A stretch of 63,211 nucleotides of DNA from an uncultured Candidatus Poseidoniales archaeon (GTDB lineage: Archaea > Thermoplasmatota > Poseidoniia > Poseidoniales > CAYMED01), in assembly GCA_964389655.1 (NCBI GenBank), contig CAYMED010000015.1:1-63211 (forward strand). The letters run 5' to 3'. Shown here piece by piece: positions 18,901 through 30,500 of this stretch. Position numbers and translations under genes: made by a program. Each line of letters begins with the position of its first letter. The stretch's first letter is position 1. Under the pieces are notes generated by a model. That model saw only the letters and a program-made list of their open reading frames with translations, searched no databases and was not told the origin of the DNA.

Positions 18901-20499
18901 ATGAGCCGGTGTCCGTACTGTATGGCGGGTACGGCAGCGGGCCAAACCATTTGCTATTCATGCGGCCGCGTAATTACAGGTTCCACTGGCATGGATATGC
19001 GGGCCCGCGGTATGGAAAAGGGGGAGTCTACTCGTGGTAGCAGGAAGGGTAGCCATTCAGCTTTTGGCAAACAAGCAATTCATTCGCGTGTTCGGCGAAA
19101 GAAGAAAAAGGGGAAAATGCGAAACCTTGTTCTTCTCATTGCATCTGCTGCCATACTCACGCTTACACCCGCACAAGAACTTGTGATGGGGCAATGGGCA
19201 CAACTCAATACGATCCTTACTGAAGCGAGTTCAGCTCGCCATACCTACCCCGTTGAATCATCATATACTGTGGAGAGAACCATATTGTATGGGAATGAAG
19301 GCACACAACCTGCCGAATTTTCATATCATCTCCCCATCCCTCCTCAGCTACGAACTGCGAAATCTCATGGGCAGACCGATATATTATTCAAATACGACAG
19401 CGATCGTCTTGATACAGGTGCTTCTGCTTTGCAAACGCTTAGTGAATTTATTGTTGGGGGCTATGCTATACCCCCGTATAGTCCTGGTACCCCTTTCTCA
19501 GAGCAAGATAAGGGTGATGCACTGCCCCTTAGCGATGGAACAGAGATTTGGTGGGAAGATAAGCAGAAAGTCGAAAAAATCAACACAAACTGTGTATTTG
19601 GCCCCTGTGTACACTGGCAAGGTACGATTCAGCCGGGTGAGGAGGTCCGTCTTACAGCTCAGTACAAAATTGTTGGATCCTCCTACACTTGGTGGCAATC
19701 ATCTGATGTTGAACTGAGCAATGGGAAGGAATATGGCATGAATGAGGTGAATTCGGGTACTTTTTCCGATATTCAAGACCCAAGATACATGAATTTAAAA
19801 AATCTACATGGTTATTTTGTGAAGGATAAAATGACATGGTTTAAACGAGTTGATTATTCAACAGGACAGGAGTCTCATGCAATTGATGGTGATGATTCAA
19901 CAGTTCAAGCAGTTGCACAACAAATTCATGCCAGTATTCCAGCCGACAAGGCTGACAACGCCTTCGTTTTCGCGCATACAGCCTTCATTTACGTTCGGGA
20001 TCAAGTTCAGTATCAAAAGGGGTTAATGCCACCTCGTAGCGGACCTGTTTGTTTAGCACAGGGAATTGGTGATTGTGATGAGCAGTCCAATGCTTGGATG
20101 AGTATTCTCCGTGTGAAAGGAATTCCAACTTGGTACGAGTTTGGAGCACTTACGGATACTGCCCATACGCGCTGGGAAGGTCACGGATGGGCCAATGTGG
20201 CCTTGCCCTTCTCGGAGGAATATTGTGCCGCGCAGGAGATCGATTTGCGGTTTTGCCATCTTGAAGCGTCCGTTGATGTTGTGAATAATAAATGGCTTCT
20301 CCATACCCCAACTGCTCTCTCAGAGTGGGTTGAGATACCCCCTCGTACAGCAACAGATACTTCTGGGCAGATGGTCCTTTCTTTCTATCAATCCCTAGAT
20401 CCTGGTACCCCACAATGGCTATGGGAAGAAGAATGGCATACGATAAGCGGGCCTGAAAATGACGGGACATTTTCAGTTCGACACGTCGAGGGCCTGTGA
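18901..20499 (+). CDS. Membrane-anchored transglutaminase-like protein with N-terminal Zn ribbon
   Basis: CPYC..CYSC, basic stretch + TM helix, GDCDEQS (Cys), GHGW (His), downstream Asp. Confidence 0.85.
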   Translation: MSRCPYCMAGTAAGQTICYSCGRVITGSTGMDMRARGMEKGESTRGSRKGSHSAFGKQAIHSRVRRKKKKGKMRNLVLLIASAAILTLTPAQELVMGQWAQLNTILTEASSARHTYPVESSYTVERTILYGNEGTQPAEFSYHLPIPPQLRTAKSHGQTDILFKYDSDRLDTGASALQTLSEFIVGGYAIPPYSPGTPFSEQDKGDALPLSDGTEIWWEDKQKVEKINTNCVFGPCVHWQGTIQPGEEVRLTAQYKIVGSSYTWWQSSDVELSNGKEYGMNEVNSGTFSDIQDPRYMNLKNLHGYFVKDKMTWFKRVDYSTGQESHAIDGDDSTVQAVAQQIHASIPADKADNAFVFAHTAFIYVRDQVQYQKGLMPPRSGPVCLAQGIGDCDEQSNAWMSILRVKGIPTWYEFGALTDTAHTRWEGHGWANVALPFSEEYCAAQEIDLRFCHLEASVDVVNNKWLLHTPTALSEWVEIPPRTATDTSGQMVLSFYQSLDPGTPQWLWEEEWHTISGPENDGTFSVRHVEGL

Positions 20500-21929
20500 A
20501 AAGTCCTTGGGGGGCTGACTTGAATTACATTATTGCTGGAGCCGGACATGTCGGGCGTGGGCTCGCAAGGGCCCTCAGAGCAGAACGTGGAGATGTATAC
20601 CTCATCGATACCGATCCAGATGCGATTCGGGAATCAGAAGGAATTGACTGTTTGACACTCGGGGGTAGCGCTCTTTCAAGAAGGACGATTCAAGATGCTC
20701 GTGTTGAAAACGCGGACGTTTTTATTGCTGTAACTGCTGATGACGCGGTCAACTTACTTTCCTGTGCGCTTGCGCGAGATGAGGCGAGATCAAAGGATGC
20801 ATCGCGTTCATTGCGAACAGTCGCGCGGATTATGCGTCCTGAATTACGCGCTGAACGCCGGAAAGGGAGGTTACCAAGTTGGAGTTCGGTTGATGTGGGT
20901 ATCGATGCCCATGATGAGGTGGTTGCCCGAATGCTGATTGGTCTTTCAGTACCTCATCTTGAGTCGGTAGTTCCTTTTGGGGGTGATGCAATGATCGCAG
21001 AAGTGATTCTGACAGCGGATTCGAGGGACTTAGTTCACCGAACTCTCGATGATGCTCGAAGTCGTCTTGGTGAAAGAATGCCGAATGTTATTGGAATGAG
21101 CCAAGGTAATCGCGCCCCTTCCCTTCATGATCCTGACCGGAGGCTAGCGCCGGGAGACCATCTCTTTGCAGCAGTCCATCGAAGGGAGGGCCTGAAACGC
21201 TTTGTAGAGTGTTGTGGGCATTCAATTGAGGCAGAGAAAGAAGGGCTACGTATTTTGGTTTTGGGTGGAAGCCGTTTGGGTCAATCAATCGCGGAGCGTC
21301 ACCTATCTAGTGGGGCGAGTGTGACAATCGTTGAAGACGACCTGTCCGTAGCGAATCACCTCAGTGCGCATATGGATGCTGATCAGGGCACGCTTGAAGT
21401 TGTGCACGGACAACCAAATGATCGAGTGTTGCTCGAAGATATCGAAATCTCTGTTTATGATCTGGCTTTTGCAGCCGTAGATGATGATCATGCAAATTTG
21501 GGCCTCTGCCTACTTGCAGGTGAATTAGGGGTGCGACGCACTGGGACTGTAGTCCAAGATCCGAGTTTAATGTCTGTAGCACGACGAATGGGCCTGACTC
21601 ATGTTGTTGATTCAAGGAAAGTAATAGTTGATGGGATTTTGCGTGAGATCCATCGAGATTTGAGAGGAGGATTTGGCTTATTTGGAGCAGATGGGCGCTT
21701 GGTTGCGATGTCTCATCGGCTAGCAGATGGCAGTTCTGTATCGGGGAAAAAGATCTCTGATATTGGGTTTGGAAAGGACGCGCGTATTGCATTCCTCTTG
21801 CGAAAAGAGCATGACGAGATTTTGCGACCCCATTCAGTGCATGGAGATACCCGACTTGTAGGGGGTGACCGCCTGATCATTGTTTGTGAGGCAGACCATG
21901 TTCGCACTATTGAGGGGAAAATGGAGTGA
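20496..21929 (+). CDS. trkA: Trk potassium uptake protein TrkA (two RCK pairs)
   Basis: IIAGAGHVG and VLGGSRLG Rossmann motifs, FIAVTADDAVN. Confidence 0.92.
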   Translation: MKSPWGADLNYIIAGAGHVGRGLARALRAERGDVYLIDTDPDAIRESEGIDCLTLGGSALSRRTIQDARVENADVFIAVTADDAVNLLSCALARDEARSKDASRSLRTVARIMRPELRAERRKGRLPSWSSVDVGIDAHDEVVARMLIGLSVPHLESVVPFGGDAMIAEVILTADSRDLVHRTLDDARSRLGERMPNVIGMSQGNRAPSLHDPDRRLAPGDHLFAAVHRREGLKRFVECCGHSIEAEKEGLRILVLGGSRLGQSIAERHLSSGASVTIVEDDLSVANHLSAHMDADQGTLEVVHGQPNDRVLLEDIEISVYDLAFAAVDDDHANLGLCLLAGELGVRRTGTVVQDPSLMSVARRMGLTHVVDSRKVIVDGILREIHRDLRGGFGLFGADGRLVAMSHRLADGSSVSGKKISDIGFGKDARIAFLLRKEHDEILRPHSVHGDTRLVGGDRLIIVCEADHVRTIEGKME

Positions 21930-21936
21930 TGCCAGT

Positions 21937-23556
21937 ATGCGTTTGCGCCTGATTGGCGTGACTTGTGGGCTTGCCTCCCTCATGCTTGTTCCAGTCCTTT
22001 TGACTTGTGTGCTAGTAGGCTTGATGATGGGCGATCAGGGAAGTGATGTACGGGGATTTTGGGTAGCTATTTTTCTCTCTGTGGCCATAGGCATCCCAGC
22101 ATGGCAAGCGCGTGGGACATTGGACGATGGTTCTAGGGTTCGAGACCGGGAAGCAGTGGCAGCAGTTGCCTTGGCATGGCCAGCAGTAGTCTTGATCGGC
22201 GCTATTCCTTTTTGGTTTGGTCCAACATTTGTTGGTCCTTTTGAGGAGGGGTGGGCATTAGGTGCGGTGCATGCGTGGTTCGAATCGATGTCAGGTTTTA
22301 CCACAACTGGTGCATCAGTTATTGACCCAACTACGAGTCCAATTTGTGCCTCTGCCTCTGATTGTATTTGGGCACAACCTCGCTCGATATTGCTATGGAG
22401 AAGTAGCACGCAGTGGTTAGGTGGCATGGGGATCGTGATGCTCTCACTATTCTTTCTTAGTGGGGTTTTAGGGGGGGGGATGGTCTTAGCCCGATCTGAA
22501 TTGACTGGACCTACACTAACTCGGATTGCCCCAAGGTTGTTACACACGGGACAGTACCTATGGGGGATTTATGGAGCATTGACTCTTATCGAAATGCTCT
22601 TACTGTGGTTTTTTTCACCTATGGGGCTTTTTGATGCTGTAAATCATGCCCTCACAACAATGCCTACAGGTGGTTTTGGCACTAGGGATGCTGGTATTTC
22701 GCATTTCAATTCCCCTGCTGCAGAACGAATCTTGATCCTCTTTATGTTCTTGGCAGGTGTGAATTTTGCCCTCCTTTATTGGTTGATTGTACGCCGAAAG
22801 CTCGGAGAAGTCGTGGGAAATGGGGAATTCAGGACTTATGTCGCAATTCTTACCCTTGCAGTTGGTGTGATCACTGCGGCCCTCATTGGTTTTGGTCATG
22901 AGAAGGAAGAAGCCTTTCGACATGGATTTTTTCAAGTTGTATCGATAGGGACTTCAACAGGATTTGCAAGTGCGGACTTTTCTCTTTGGCCTTCACTAGC
23001 TACGCTGATCTTGCTCATGCTCATGATCGTTGGTGCATCTGCTGGCTCAACAGGGGGTGGGCTGAAAGTTATGCGCATACGTTTGCTCGGCAAGGTGGCT
23101 TATCGTGAACTGATCCATATTGGCGAGCCGCGTAGAGTGTTGCCCGTGAAGGAGGGCGATGAAGTCATTGAGGAATCTACGCTCTTGACGATTATTGGCA
23201 TGGTTGGATGGTGGTTAGCCATATTCATTACAAGTGTAATCTTGCTGGGCTTCTTTGAATTTGACGAGTCGCTTGAAACAATCGTGTCGCTCGTTGCTTC
23301 GAGTTTGGGGAACACAGGTCCTGCTTTGGGCAATTATGGCCCCACTTCAACATGGTCCTCTCTCTCACCATTGACGCTGATTTTGACATCGTTGCTTATG
23401 TGGGGTGGCCGTCTTGAATTACTAACTGTTCTTCTTATTTTCAGGATGCGTACGTGGAAAGTTCTGAGAGCAGGGAAAATTGATGAGGCTGGCTCAAAAA
23501 TATTGGCGCGTTTTTCTCGTATTATGGGGTCATTTCGGCGTCAATCAAAGAAATGA
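21937..23556 (+). CDS. trkH: Trk potassium uptake membrane protein TrkH
   Basis: FESMSGFTTTGAS, QWLGGMG, TGGFG, GSTGGGLK, GNTGP, GRLE. Confidence 0.95.
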   Translation: MRLRLIGVTCGLASLMLVPVLLTCVLVGLMMGDQGSDVRGFWVAIFLSVAIGIPAWQARGTLDDGSRVRDREAVAAVALAWPAVVLIGAIPFWFGPTFVGPFEEGWALGAVHAWFESMSGFTTTGASVIDPTTSPICASASDCIWAQPRSILLWRSSTQWLGGMGIVMLSLFFLSGVLGGGMVLARSELTGPTLTRIAPRLLHTGQYLWGIYGALTLIEMLLLWFFSPMGLFDAVNHALTTMPTGGFGTRDAGISHFNSPAAERILILFMFLAGVNFALLYWLIVRRKLGEVVGNGEFRTYVAILTLAVGVITAALIGFGHEKEEAFRHGFFQVVSIGTSTGFASADFSLWPSLATLILLMLMIVGASAGSTGGGLKVMRIRLLGKVAYRELIHIGEPRRVLPVKEGDEVIEESTLLTIIGMVGWWLAIFITSVILLGFFEFDESLETIVSLVASSLGNTGPALGNYGPTSTWSSLSPLTLILTSLLMWGGRLELLTVLLIFRMRTWKVLRAGKIDEAGSKILARFSRIMGSFRRQSKK

Positions 23557-25071
23557 CTCAAGGCTGAGCTGTCCCGACCCACCTTTTTCTTCGCTAAATG
23601 TCTCCTGTGTGTTAGGCCCAGTGTCCCCTTGGTTATCTGTGGTAGAAGGCGGGGGGATGGGATTTGCCTCAAGTCGCTCCCATTTTTCCCTTATTTGTGT
23701 ATTTTTTCTATTTTTTAGTTCCAAACCGGACAATCGGAGATGGTCTTCACATTCAAGTCCCAGACCTATTGCTAATTCAACGTCGAGAGGGTCAGCATCA
23801 TTTTTTGAGTATGCAGCTTCAATTAATGGCCAAGTCTCAATACGCGCAGTTTCCAAACTGCATTTCAGAAAGGATGCAAGCTGCTTGCTCCCTTCATCAC
23901 GCCCAGCATCTTTCCCGATACCGCGTAAATGTGAGGGGAATTCGGTCGAAAAGCGACTCCCTGAAGTGCTAATTGAGGATGCAGCAATTGCTGATGTCTG
24001 TGCCATCCAATATGATGACCGATGTGCACTATTCCCGTAGATGGCACCCCCAATGCGTGAACCAATTGAGAGAACTGACTGCGCTCGAAGGCGCTGGGAA
24101 AAATCATCGGTCGCTCTAGGGACGTTCCAATGGACCCATTCGAGGAGGTCATCTGGTCTAAGGTCAATCTGGCGTGCCAAAGCCGCTGCTTCAGTAGCAC
24201 TATTGGACTTGAATAATCGATCTAGGCCTGGGAACGAAGAATGTGCCTCATCACGTACTGATGACACAAGATGTGATTCGACAAGATCGGTTGTGATGTG
24301 CCCATCGCTCCGAGATGCTAGTTGTTGTAAATCCCGGACCAATGCTCGAAGGTCACCTGGGTTTGCTGAAATCAGTGCATCTAAAGGGCGATGGTCACAG
24401 GAGATCTCTTCAGCAGATAGTATTTTGCGAGCAATCCTGCGCAGATCGGTGACTCCTGCACGCCTGAACATGATCTTCCTGCAGTGTCGTAGAAATCGTG
24501 CCCTTCTGGAGCGCCACCCAAACCCTCTCCCCCACAACTTCATCTCATCATTGCAGACTAGGATAATGGGCATGCTTGATTCCTTGAGGAGGCGTAACAC
24601 CTCTGCCTTCCCACCATAATCTCCACTTCCCCCAACTGACTTCCCCTCGCCTCTCTTTTCCAATTCGGTCCGAATTTGGGCAGGTGCTACCTCTCCCAAT
24701 CCACCTTGCAAGTGATCCACTTCATCGAGTAAAAGCAACGTTCGAAGATTCCCTCCATCAGGGGCAAATGAAAGGAGGGATGTCGATGCACCAGAATCGG
24801 GTAGATGCCGCCGAATTGAGGCGGCATTGCGTGAATCACTAGCATTAAGTTCTACAAGTGCCCAGTTTTGGTCATTCGCTATTGCACGTGCGATGGTGGT
24901 TTTGCCGATACCAGGTGGGCCAACTAGAATGAGGCCAGTCTTATCAGGCACTCCTTTCTCCCACTCTCGTAGCCATGCCCTAATCTGACTTCTTTGGCGA
25001 TCATTGCCTTCCAAATCAATCTCACTTGCTGGTCGATAACGCTCGGTCCAATCTGAAGGAACCTCTTGCAC
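23545..25071 (-). CDS. rfcL: Replication factor C large subunit
   Basis: WTERYRP, GPPGIGKT, ELNASDSR, LLDEVD, GDLR. Confidence 0.92.
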   Translation of the reverse strand: MQEVPSDWTERYRPASEIDLEGNDRQRSQIRAWLREWEKGVPDKTGLILVGPPGIGKTTIARAIANDQNWALVELNASDSRNAASIRRHLPDSGASTSLLSFAPDGGNLRTLLLLDEVDHLQGGLGEVAPAQIRTELEKRGEGKSVGGSGDYGGKAEVLRLLKESSMPIILVCNDEMKLWGRGFGWRSRRARFLRHCRKIMFRRAGVTDLRRIARKILSAEEISCDHRPLDALISANPGDLRALVRDLQQLASRSDGHITTDLVESHLVSSVRDEAHSSFPGLDRLFKSNSATEAAALARQIDLRPDDLLEWVHWNVPRATDDFSQRLRAQSVLSIGSRIGGAIYGNSAHRSSYWMAQTSAIAASSISTSGSRFSTEFPSHLRGIGKDAGRDEGSKQLASFLKCSLETARIETWPLIEAAYSKNDADPLDVELAIGLGLECEDHLRLSGLELKNRKNTQIREKWERLEANPIPPPSTTDNQGDTGPNTQETFSEEKGGSGQLSLESFL

Positions 25072-25122
25072 AAATGTAGGTCAATCTGACGGGGTTTGAA
25101 TATTGCGCGCAAATTTATGGTT

Positions 25123-26850
25123 TCATTGAGGGAAAATAGACGGTAATGTGGAATTGGTAAGATGCCCCTCAACCTCTGAGGGCAGTAGGCGTACTTGTAG
25201 ACCATCATCGCGACGACGAATTGTGACGGAGCCATCATTTACTGTATCGTGGTCCACTGTTATGGCCCATGGGATTCCTGCCTCATCAGCCCGTGCATAC
25301 CTCCTTCCAATTGAGCCACTTCCATCTAGGCTGATTGAATGACCGGAGATGGAACGCAATCGAATTGCTAAATCATGGGCAGTTCGTTGCATGCCATCTT
25401 TGTCAAATAAAGGGAGGACGACTATGTCAATGGGGGCGATAAGTGCGGCTAATCGTAGGCGTGAATATGGCTTCCCTTCTTTCTTTTCAGTGACAAATGC
25501 GTGCTCAAAGATGTGCCAAATGATCCTGTCAATACCAAAAGCGGGCTCGACAACATGGGGGGTGAACCATTCCCCGTGAACTACTTCTTCACCTGAGATC
25601 CACTCAACCATGTTCTCGTCTATGCTGATGGATTTTCCATCATTGAGAGACAAATCATGTGGCCATTGGATTGGTATCTGATCAAGTTTTTCTATTGCTG
25701 AGGATACTTTTCCCGCCTCAGAGCGAAAAACAGGGCCAATAGCCGAAGCAACTGGCGAGGGCCTGCTGATTTTCTGTACTTTGGGCTTGTCGAATGATCG
25801 CCAGGCCCGCAATAAATTAGATTTAGAACCCCGCTCATGAGATTCTAAATCATGGCAACCCCTATGAGCAATCCCAACGCATTCAACCCATCCATAAGAC
25901 CCCTTGATTTCCAAATCCCAGCAATCTGTTGCATAATGCGCCATCTCTGAAAATGCATGTTGTCTAAATCGAATAAGTTCGGTAATTATGCCTAAACGAG
26001 CGAGTAAATCATAGGCATGCCCCATAAATGTCGCAACTAAATCATGCCGGATGATGCCATCTTCTAGCGCCTCCAAAAGGGTGGAGTTTTTGGCCTCACC
26101 TTCGGCAGGTAATAGACACACTTGGAAACGATTTAGTTTTTCTCGATCGAGATCACAGTCTGCCTCAGGATCAAAAAACCACTCGAGTTCTGCCATTGTA
26201 AATTCCCGCAACCGGATCATGCTTTGTCGCGGACTGATCTCATTCCGATATCCTTTGCCAACTTGGACGGCTCCAAAAGGGAGGCGCTCGCGAAAATGCC
26301 GATATAATTGCGGAAATTGCGTGAACATTCCTTGAGCAGTTTCAGGCCGTAAATACGCAGGCCTGCCAGCAGATCCTGGGCCGATGGTTGTGGGGAACAT
26401 CAGGTTAAGCGGCCGGGGTGGTGCCCATTCAGATGCACTGCATGAGGGGCATTTCGGCATCTTCTCTTCAATGGCATTTTGGAGTTTATCTAAATCCAAT
26501 TGATCTGGGAAATCAACTAGGCCCTCAAGGAGATGGTCGCTACGGTGTGATGCGCCACAAGCATTGCAGGTCGAGGCGTGATCATTGAATTCTAGTACGT
26601 GCCCTGATGCTTCTAGTACGGGCTTAGGTGTTAAAGTGGGTGATTCAATTTCAACAATATGCCCTAGGGAATTCCAATAATCAATCCATGCATTCAAAAC
26701 GCGCCGGCGTAATCTCCCGCCTAATGGTCCATAATCGATTAAACCCGATACACCCCCGTAGAGATCAAACGCTGGGTGGACAAACCCCCGACGCCTGAGC
26801 ATAGCGAGCAGATCTTCCGCCGATGTCAGAGAATCAGGGCCTTTGCTCAT
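25123..26850 (-). CDS. glyS: Glycyl-tRNA synthetase (archaeal/eukaryotic dimeric type)
   Basis: YLRPETAQG, RNEISPR, RLREF, AHYATDCWD, VEPAFGIDR, GSIGRRYARADE. Confidence 0.97.
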   Translation of the reverse strand: MSKGPDSLTSAEDLLAMLRRRGFVHPAFDLYGGVSGLIDYGPLGGRLRRRVLNAWIDYWNSLGHIVEIESPTLTPKPVLEASGHVLEFNDHASTCNACGASHRSDHLLEGLVDFPDQLDLDKLQNAIEEKMPKCPSCSASEWAPPRPLNLMFPTTIGPGSAGRPAYLRPETAQGMFTQFPQLYRHFRERLPFGAVQVGKGYRNEISPRQSMIRLREFTMAELEWFFDPEADCDLDREKLNRFQVCLLPAEGEAKNSTLLEALEDGIIRHDLVATFMGHAYDLLARLGIITELIRFRQHAFSEMAHYATDCWDLEIKGSYGWVECVGIAHRGCHDLESHERGSKSNLLRAWRSFDKPKVQKISRPSPVASAIGPVFRSEAGKVSSAIEKLDQIPIQWPHDLSLNDGKSISIDENMVEWISGEEVVHGEWFTPHVVEPAFGIDRIIWHIFEHAFVTEKKEGKPYSRLRLAALIAPIDIVVLPLFDKDGMQRTAHDLAIRLRSISGHSISLDGSGSIGRRYARADEAGIPWAITVDHDTVNDGSVTIRRRDDGLQVRLLPSEVEGHLTNSTLPSIFPQ

Positions 26851-26922
26851 GAAACATGGTGGAAAGGTGGTGTTATGAGGGATGCGGTAATCATGGGTGC
26901 ATCATTCGCAGTTTCTTATCGC

Positions 26923-27456
26923 TCATTGCAGGTCATTTGCCGCAAATGCCAATGGTAATGCTGCAAACCCGATCATGAGGACCATCACGATGATCCCAGC
27001 AATTATGGTTAGTGGGATGAAAAGTGTGGTTTTGATTTCGACAGGCATTTGGCTGCGAAGTTGCTCAATGTATAATATTTCAAGAACAAGTTGTAGGAAT
27101 GCAGATCCTCCTGCAGCTAAAATCGCGATATAAACACCAACTTTTTGGCGATTCATAGTTAAGTGACCCGCTACCAAAAAAGCAACACCTGATGATAGGG
27201 ATACCAAGGCAGATCCATATCCATAGTACAAGGAAATGAACGCATCTGACGGACCACTGGCTAATTCGATCACATATAATATGCCGGTAAATAGCGATAA
27301 TGCCCCAAAAGCCATGAAGAACATGCCAAAAAAAGTGGGCGTACGACTCGGTTTTGGAGAAGTAACTCCAGTTTCACCATACAGGGGTGAAGCCGGTGAC
27401 TCCGGGAAATCCCCTTCGATGGCGGCTTCTGTGGGGGGGGTCTCGTTTGTTTCCAT
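26923..27456 (-). CDS. Hypothetical 4-TM membrane protein
   Basis: Pro/Glu-rich N-terminus followed by 4 hydrophobic segments; start refined to ATG 27456. Confidence 0.65.
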   Translation of the reverse strand: METNETPPTEAAIEGDFPESPASPLYGETGVTSPKPSRTPTFFGMFFMAFGALSLFTGILYVIELASGPSDAFISLYYGYGSALVSLSSGVAFLVAGHLTMNRQKVGVYIAILAAGGSAFLQLVLEILYIEQLRSQMPVEIKTTLFIPLTIIAGIIVMVLMIGFAALPLAFAANDLQ

Positions 27457-27554
27457 CAAATGTGGATGTGAGTCGTAACTCAATACTCTTCGCATACCAG
27501 TAGGCGAGACATTGATAAGCCGATGCGATTGGACTCGAACAGTAGGCCACAATT

Positions 27555-30500
27555 ATGCCCGAATTCCATAGGCTAGAAGTATTCCACGAGCCTGAGAAAA
27601 TTCTCAGCAGGCTCTGCACCCCTGTGCGTGAGTGGTTTGAATGGCGTTTTCCCGGTCTAACCGACCCTCAGCGAATGGCAATCCCCCACCTCCTTGATGG
27701 GGAGCACTTGCTTCTTTGCTCTCCAACAGGTAGTGGAAAAACGATGACTGCGTTCCTAGGGATCATTGATTCCTTAATTCGAAGGGCAATTGAGGGGGAG
27801 TTAGAAGAAAAAGTCCACTGCATATATATCTCTCCCATCAAGGCACTGGCCAATGATATTCAGCGAAACTTGATTCAACCATTAGAAGAAATGCGTGAGC
27901 GCTTCCTCCCTCGCAGAACTCAGCAAATACGGGTGAAATTGAGAACGGGCGATACCTCACAGGCAGACCGGCAGAAGATGCTACGGAAACCCCCCCACAT
28001 TTTGATTACGACTCCTGAAAGCCTTGGGCTAGCGATATCATCCCCTCGCTTTGTCCCTCTGCTTGAACAAGTTGAGCACTTCATCGTAGATGAATTGCAT
28101 AGTTTAGTCCCAACAAAGAGGGGATCATTACTGGCATTAACCATGGCACGACTTGATCAAATGGTCCATCGGCCTCTCCAAAGGATCGGAATCAGTGCAA
28201 CGATGGAGCCGTTGGATGAAGTTGCCAAATATCTTGTCCATTCTGATAGTAGGGAAAAAGAAGGGACTTCACAAATCGTAAATATCGCCAAAATATCTGT
28301 TTCTAGGGAATTGGATCTAGATATACTATTGCCCACCAAACAGATTGACAAGCAGCCAGTGAAGGAAGTACTTGAAACAGCAATGGACATGATCCAACAC
28401 CTTGTTGAAGCCCACACAACAACGCTAGTGTTTGCCAATACACGCCGAATGACAGAGACGATAGTGCAAAAACTTCGGTTGCTTGGTGTTGAAGGAGTTG
28501 AGGGGCACCACGGATCGATGGATAAGCGCATCCGGCTCGACGTTGAGAAACGCATGAAATATGGTGAATTGCGGGCAGTAGTTTCTTCTTCCTCACTTGA
28601 GATGGGTATTGACATTGGTAGCGTCGATTTAGTAGTTCAAGTTGGCACGCCAGGACAAGTGGGAACCGCCCTACAACGCATCGGGCGTGCTGGACATCAC
28701 GTAGGGGGCGTTCCTAGAGCTAGGCTAATACCAATTTCAGCAGATGATCTAGTTGAAATGGTGGCCTTACAAACTGCAATTTTGGGAGGTGATATGGACC
28801 GTTTGCATATGCCAGTAAATTGTCTTGATGTTTTAGCCCAGTTTCTCGTTGGCCTGACGATCCATACTGAAGTAGATCTTGATGATGCCTACGAATTGGT
28901 AACATCTACCTGGTCGTTCCGTGACCTGCCCTATGACGACTATATTGAGGTGCTTGATTTACTTGAGGATGAGAGAAGAATTTGGCTGGATTATGAGGAG
29001 AATGTATTCGGGAAACGAGGGTATACCCGCATGATCTATTACACAAATGTTGGTACAATTGCCCCGGATAATAACTACCTCGTGTTCGACAGTGATGGTA
29101 GCGTAATCGGGCAACTATCTTCATCATTCGTATCCGGCTTGAGAACAGGAGATGTGTTCTTATTGGGCGGACAAACATACCGCGTACACACCATTCTTTC
29201 AAACCGCCTTAATGTAACTCCAATTACGGGCCATCGCCCCACAGTTCCTTCATGGTCTGGGGAAGCAAGAAGTCGATCCCGAGAGTTATCTGAGCGGGTT
29301 TTAGAGGTTGAGGAGATTATCTTGGGATCGATTGCAGCTGGAGAGGATCCTCTGCCCCGTCTTAGGGGCCGTCTTGGCCTCTCTGCCCCAGTTGCAAATG
29401 CAATTATTCGCCACCTCGGATCGCACGCTGTAGAAAGCCTACACTGGCCAGGGAAGGAACGCATTATTATTGAGCAGGTTGTAGGGGGGGGAACACCTAC
29501 CTATCTCATTCTGACTGGAAGAGGGAGGTCATTTAATCTCGCATTTGGTCATTTCCTTGGGGGTTTATGCCACCGACACGAGATTGGGCTGCTTGAAATA
29601 TCAACTGATGAAAATGGTATAATGCTTCGTTTGACCGACGAATTTGAGGTCTCCTTGATCCCCGAAGTGGTATCAGGAGCAGATTGGATTGAAGTATTTG
29701 AAAATGCCATACAGAGGACGGAATTGTTCAAACGACGGTTTTCGGAAGTGTGTGGGAGAAGTCTTGTTGTCCCCCGCCGCATTGGGGCAGACGAGGTTAG
29801 TCCGCAAAAATATCAGCGTGATGTTGAATCTCTTTATGAAAAACATCGTCAAGAGCCAGAGAGTGTTCTCATTAGAGAAGCACTAAATGAAATTTTTCAG
29901 TTAAATATTGACCGCCATGGGCTCGAGGAATTCCTCGATTCATTGCGGGATGGAGACGTTGAACTCGTGCACATTCGCACTAGGGTCCCCTCCCCTCTTG
30001 CAATGGCACTCTTTTCATCTGCCTTCGAGGATTTACTCGCCATGAGGACTCGCGCCTATTTAATCAAGGATATTGACCCTGATGTTTTGCGTAGGTTACT
30101 GGGTGACCGCTCGTTATCGACAGAGTGGGACGCTGAGCAATTAGAGGAGCATTACCGTTCTAAATCCCCCGTGCCTAAAGATGCAGAAGGTCTCCTTCTT
30201 CTCATGCATCATGGGGGGGGGTTGTCTGTGGATCAATCAAATTCCTTTTATGCTAACCTTCTAGAAAATATAGACCCGTCCTTGGTCAATCGTTGGCTAG
30301 CTGAACTTGCCGAACGGGGTGAGGTTACGATGATTCAAGGAACTGGCGACGCTGCAGTAGATCACAAGTGGTATAGTTGCCCGATGGCAGAAGTTCATGG
30401 CACACTTGCACAACTATCTGATTTAGAGGGTGACGATATTCGAGAAGCAAGAATTGAGGGACTAACCTATGAAGTTGCGACAGAATTCAAGGGCCACAAA

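Noticed and set aside
25103-25112. Palindrome TTGCGCGCAA between glyS and rfcL
   Set aside because: A single 10-bp palindrome is expected by chance in 63 kb, and no second promoter copy was seen.
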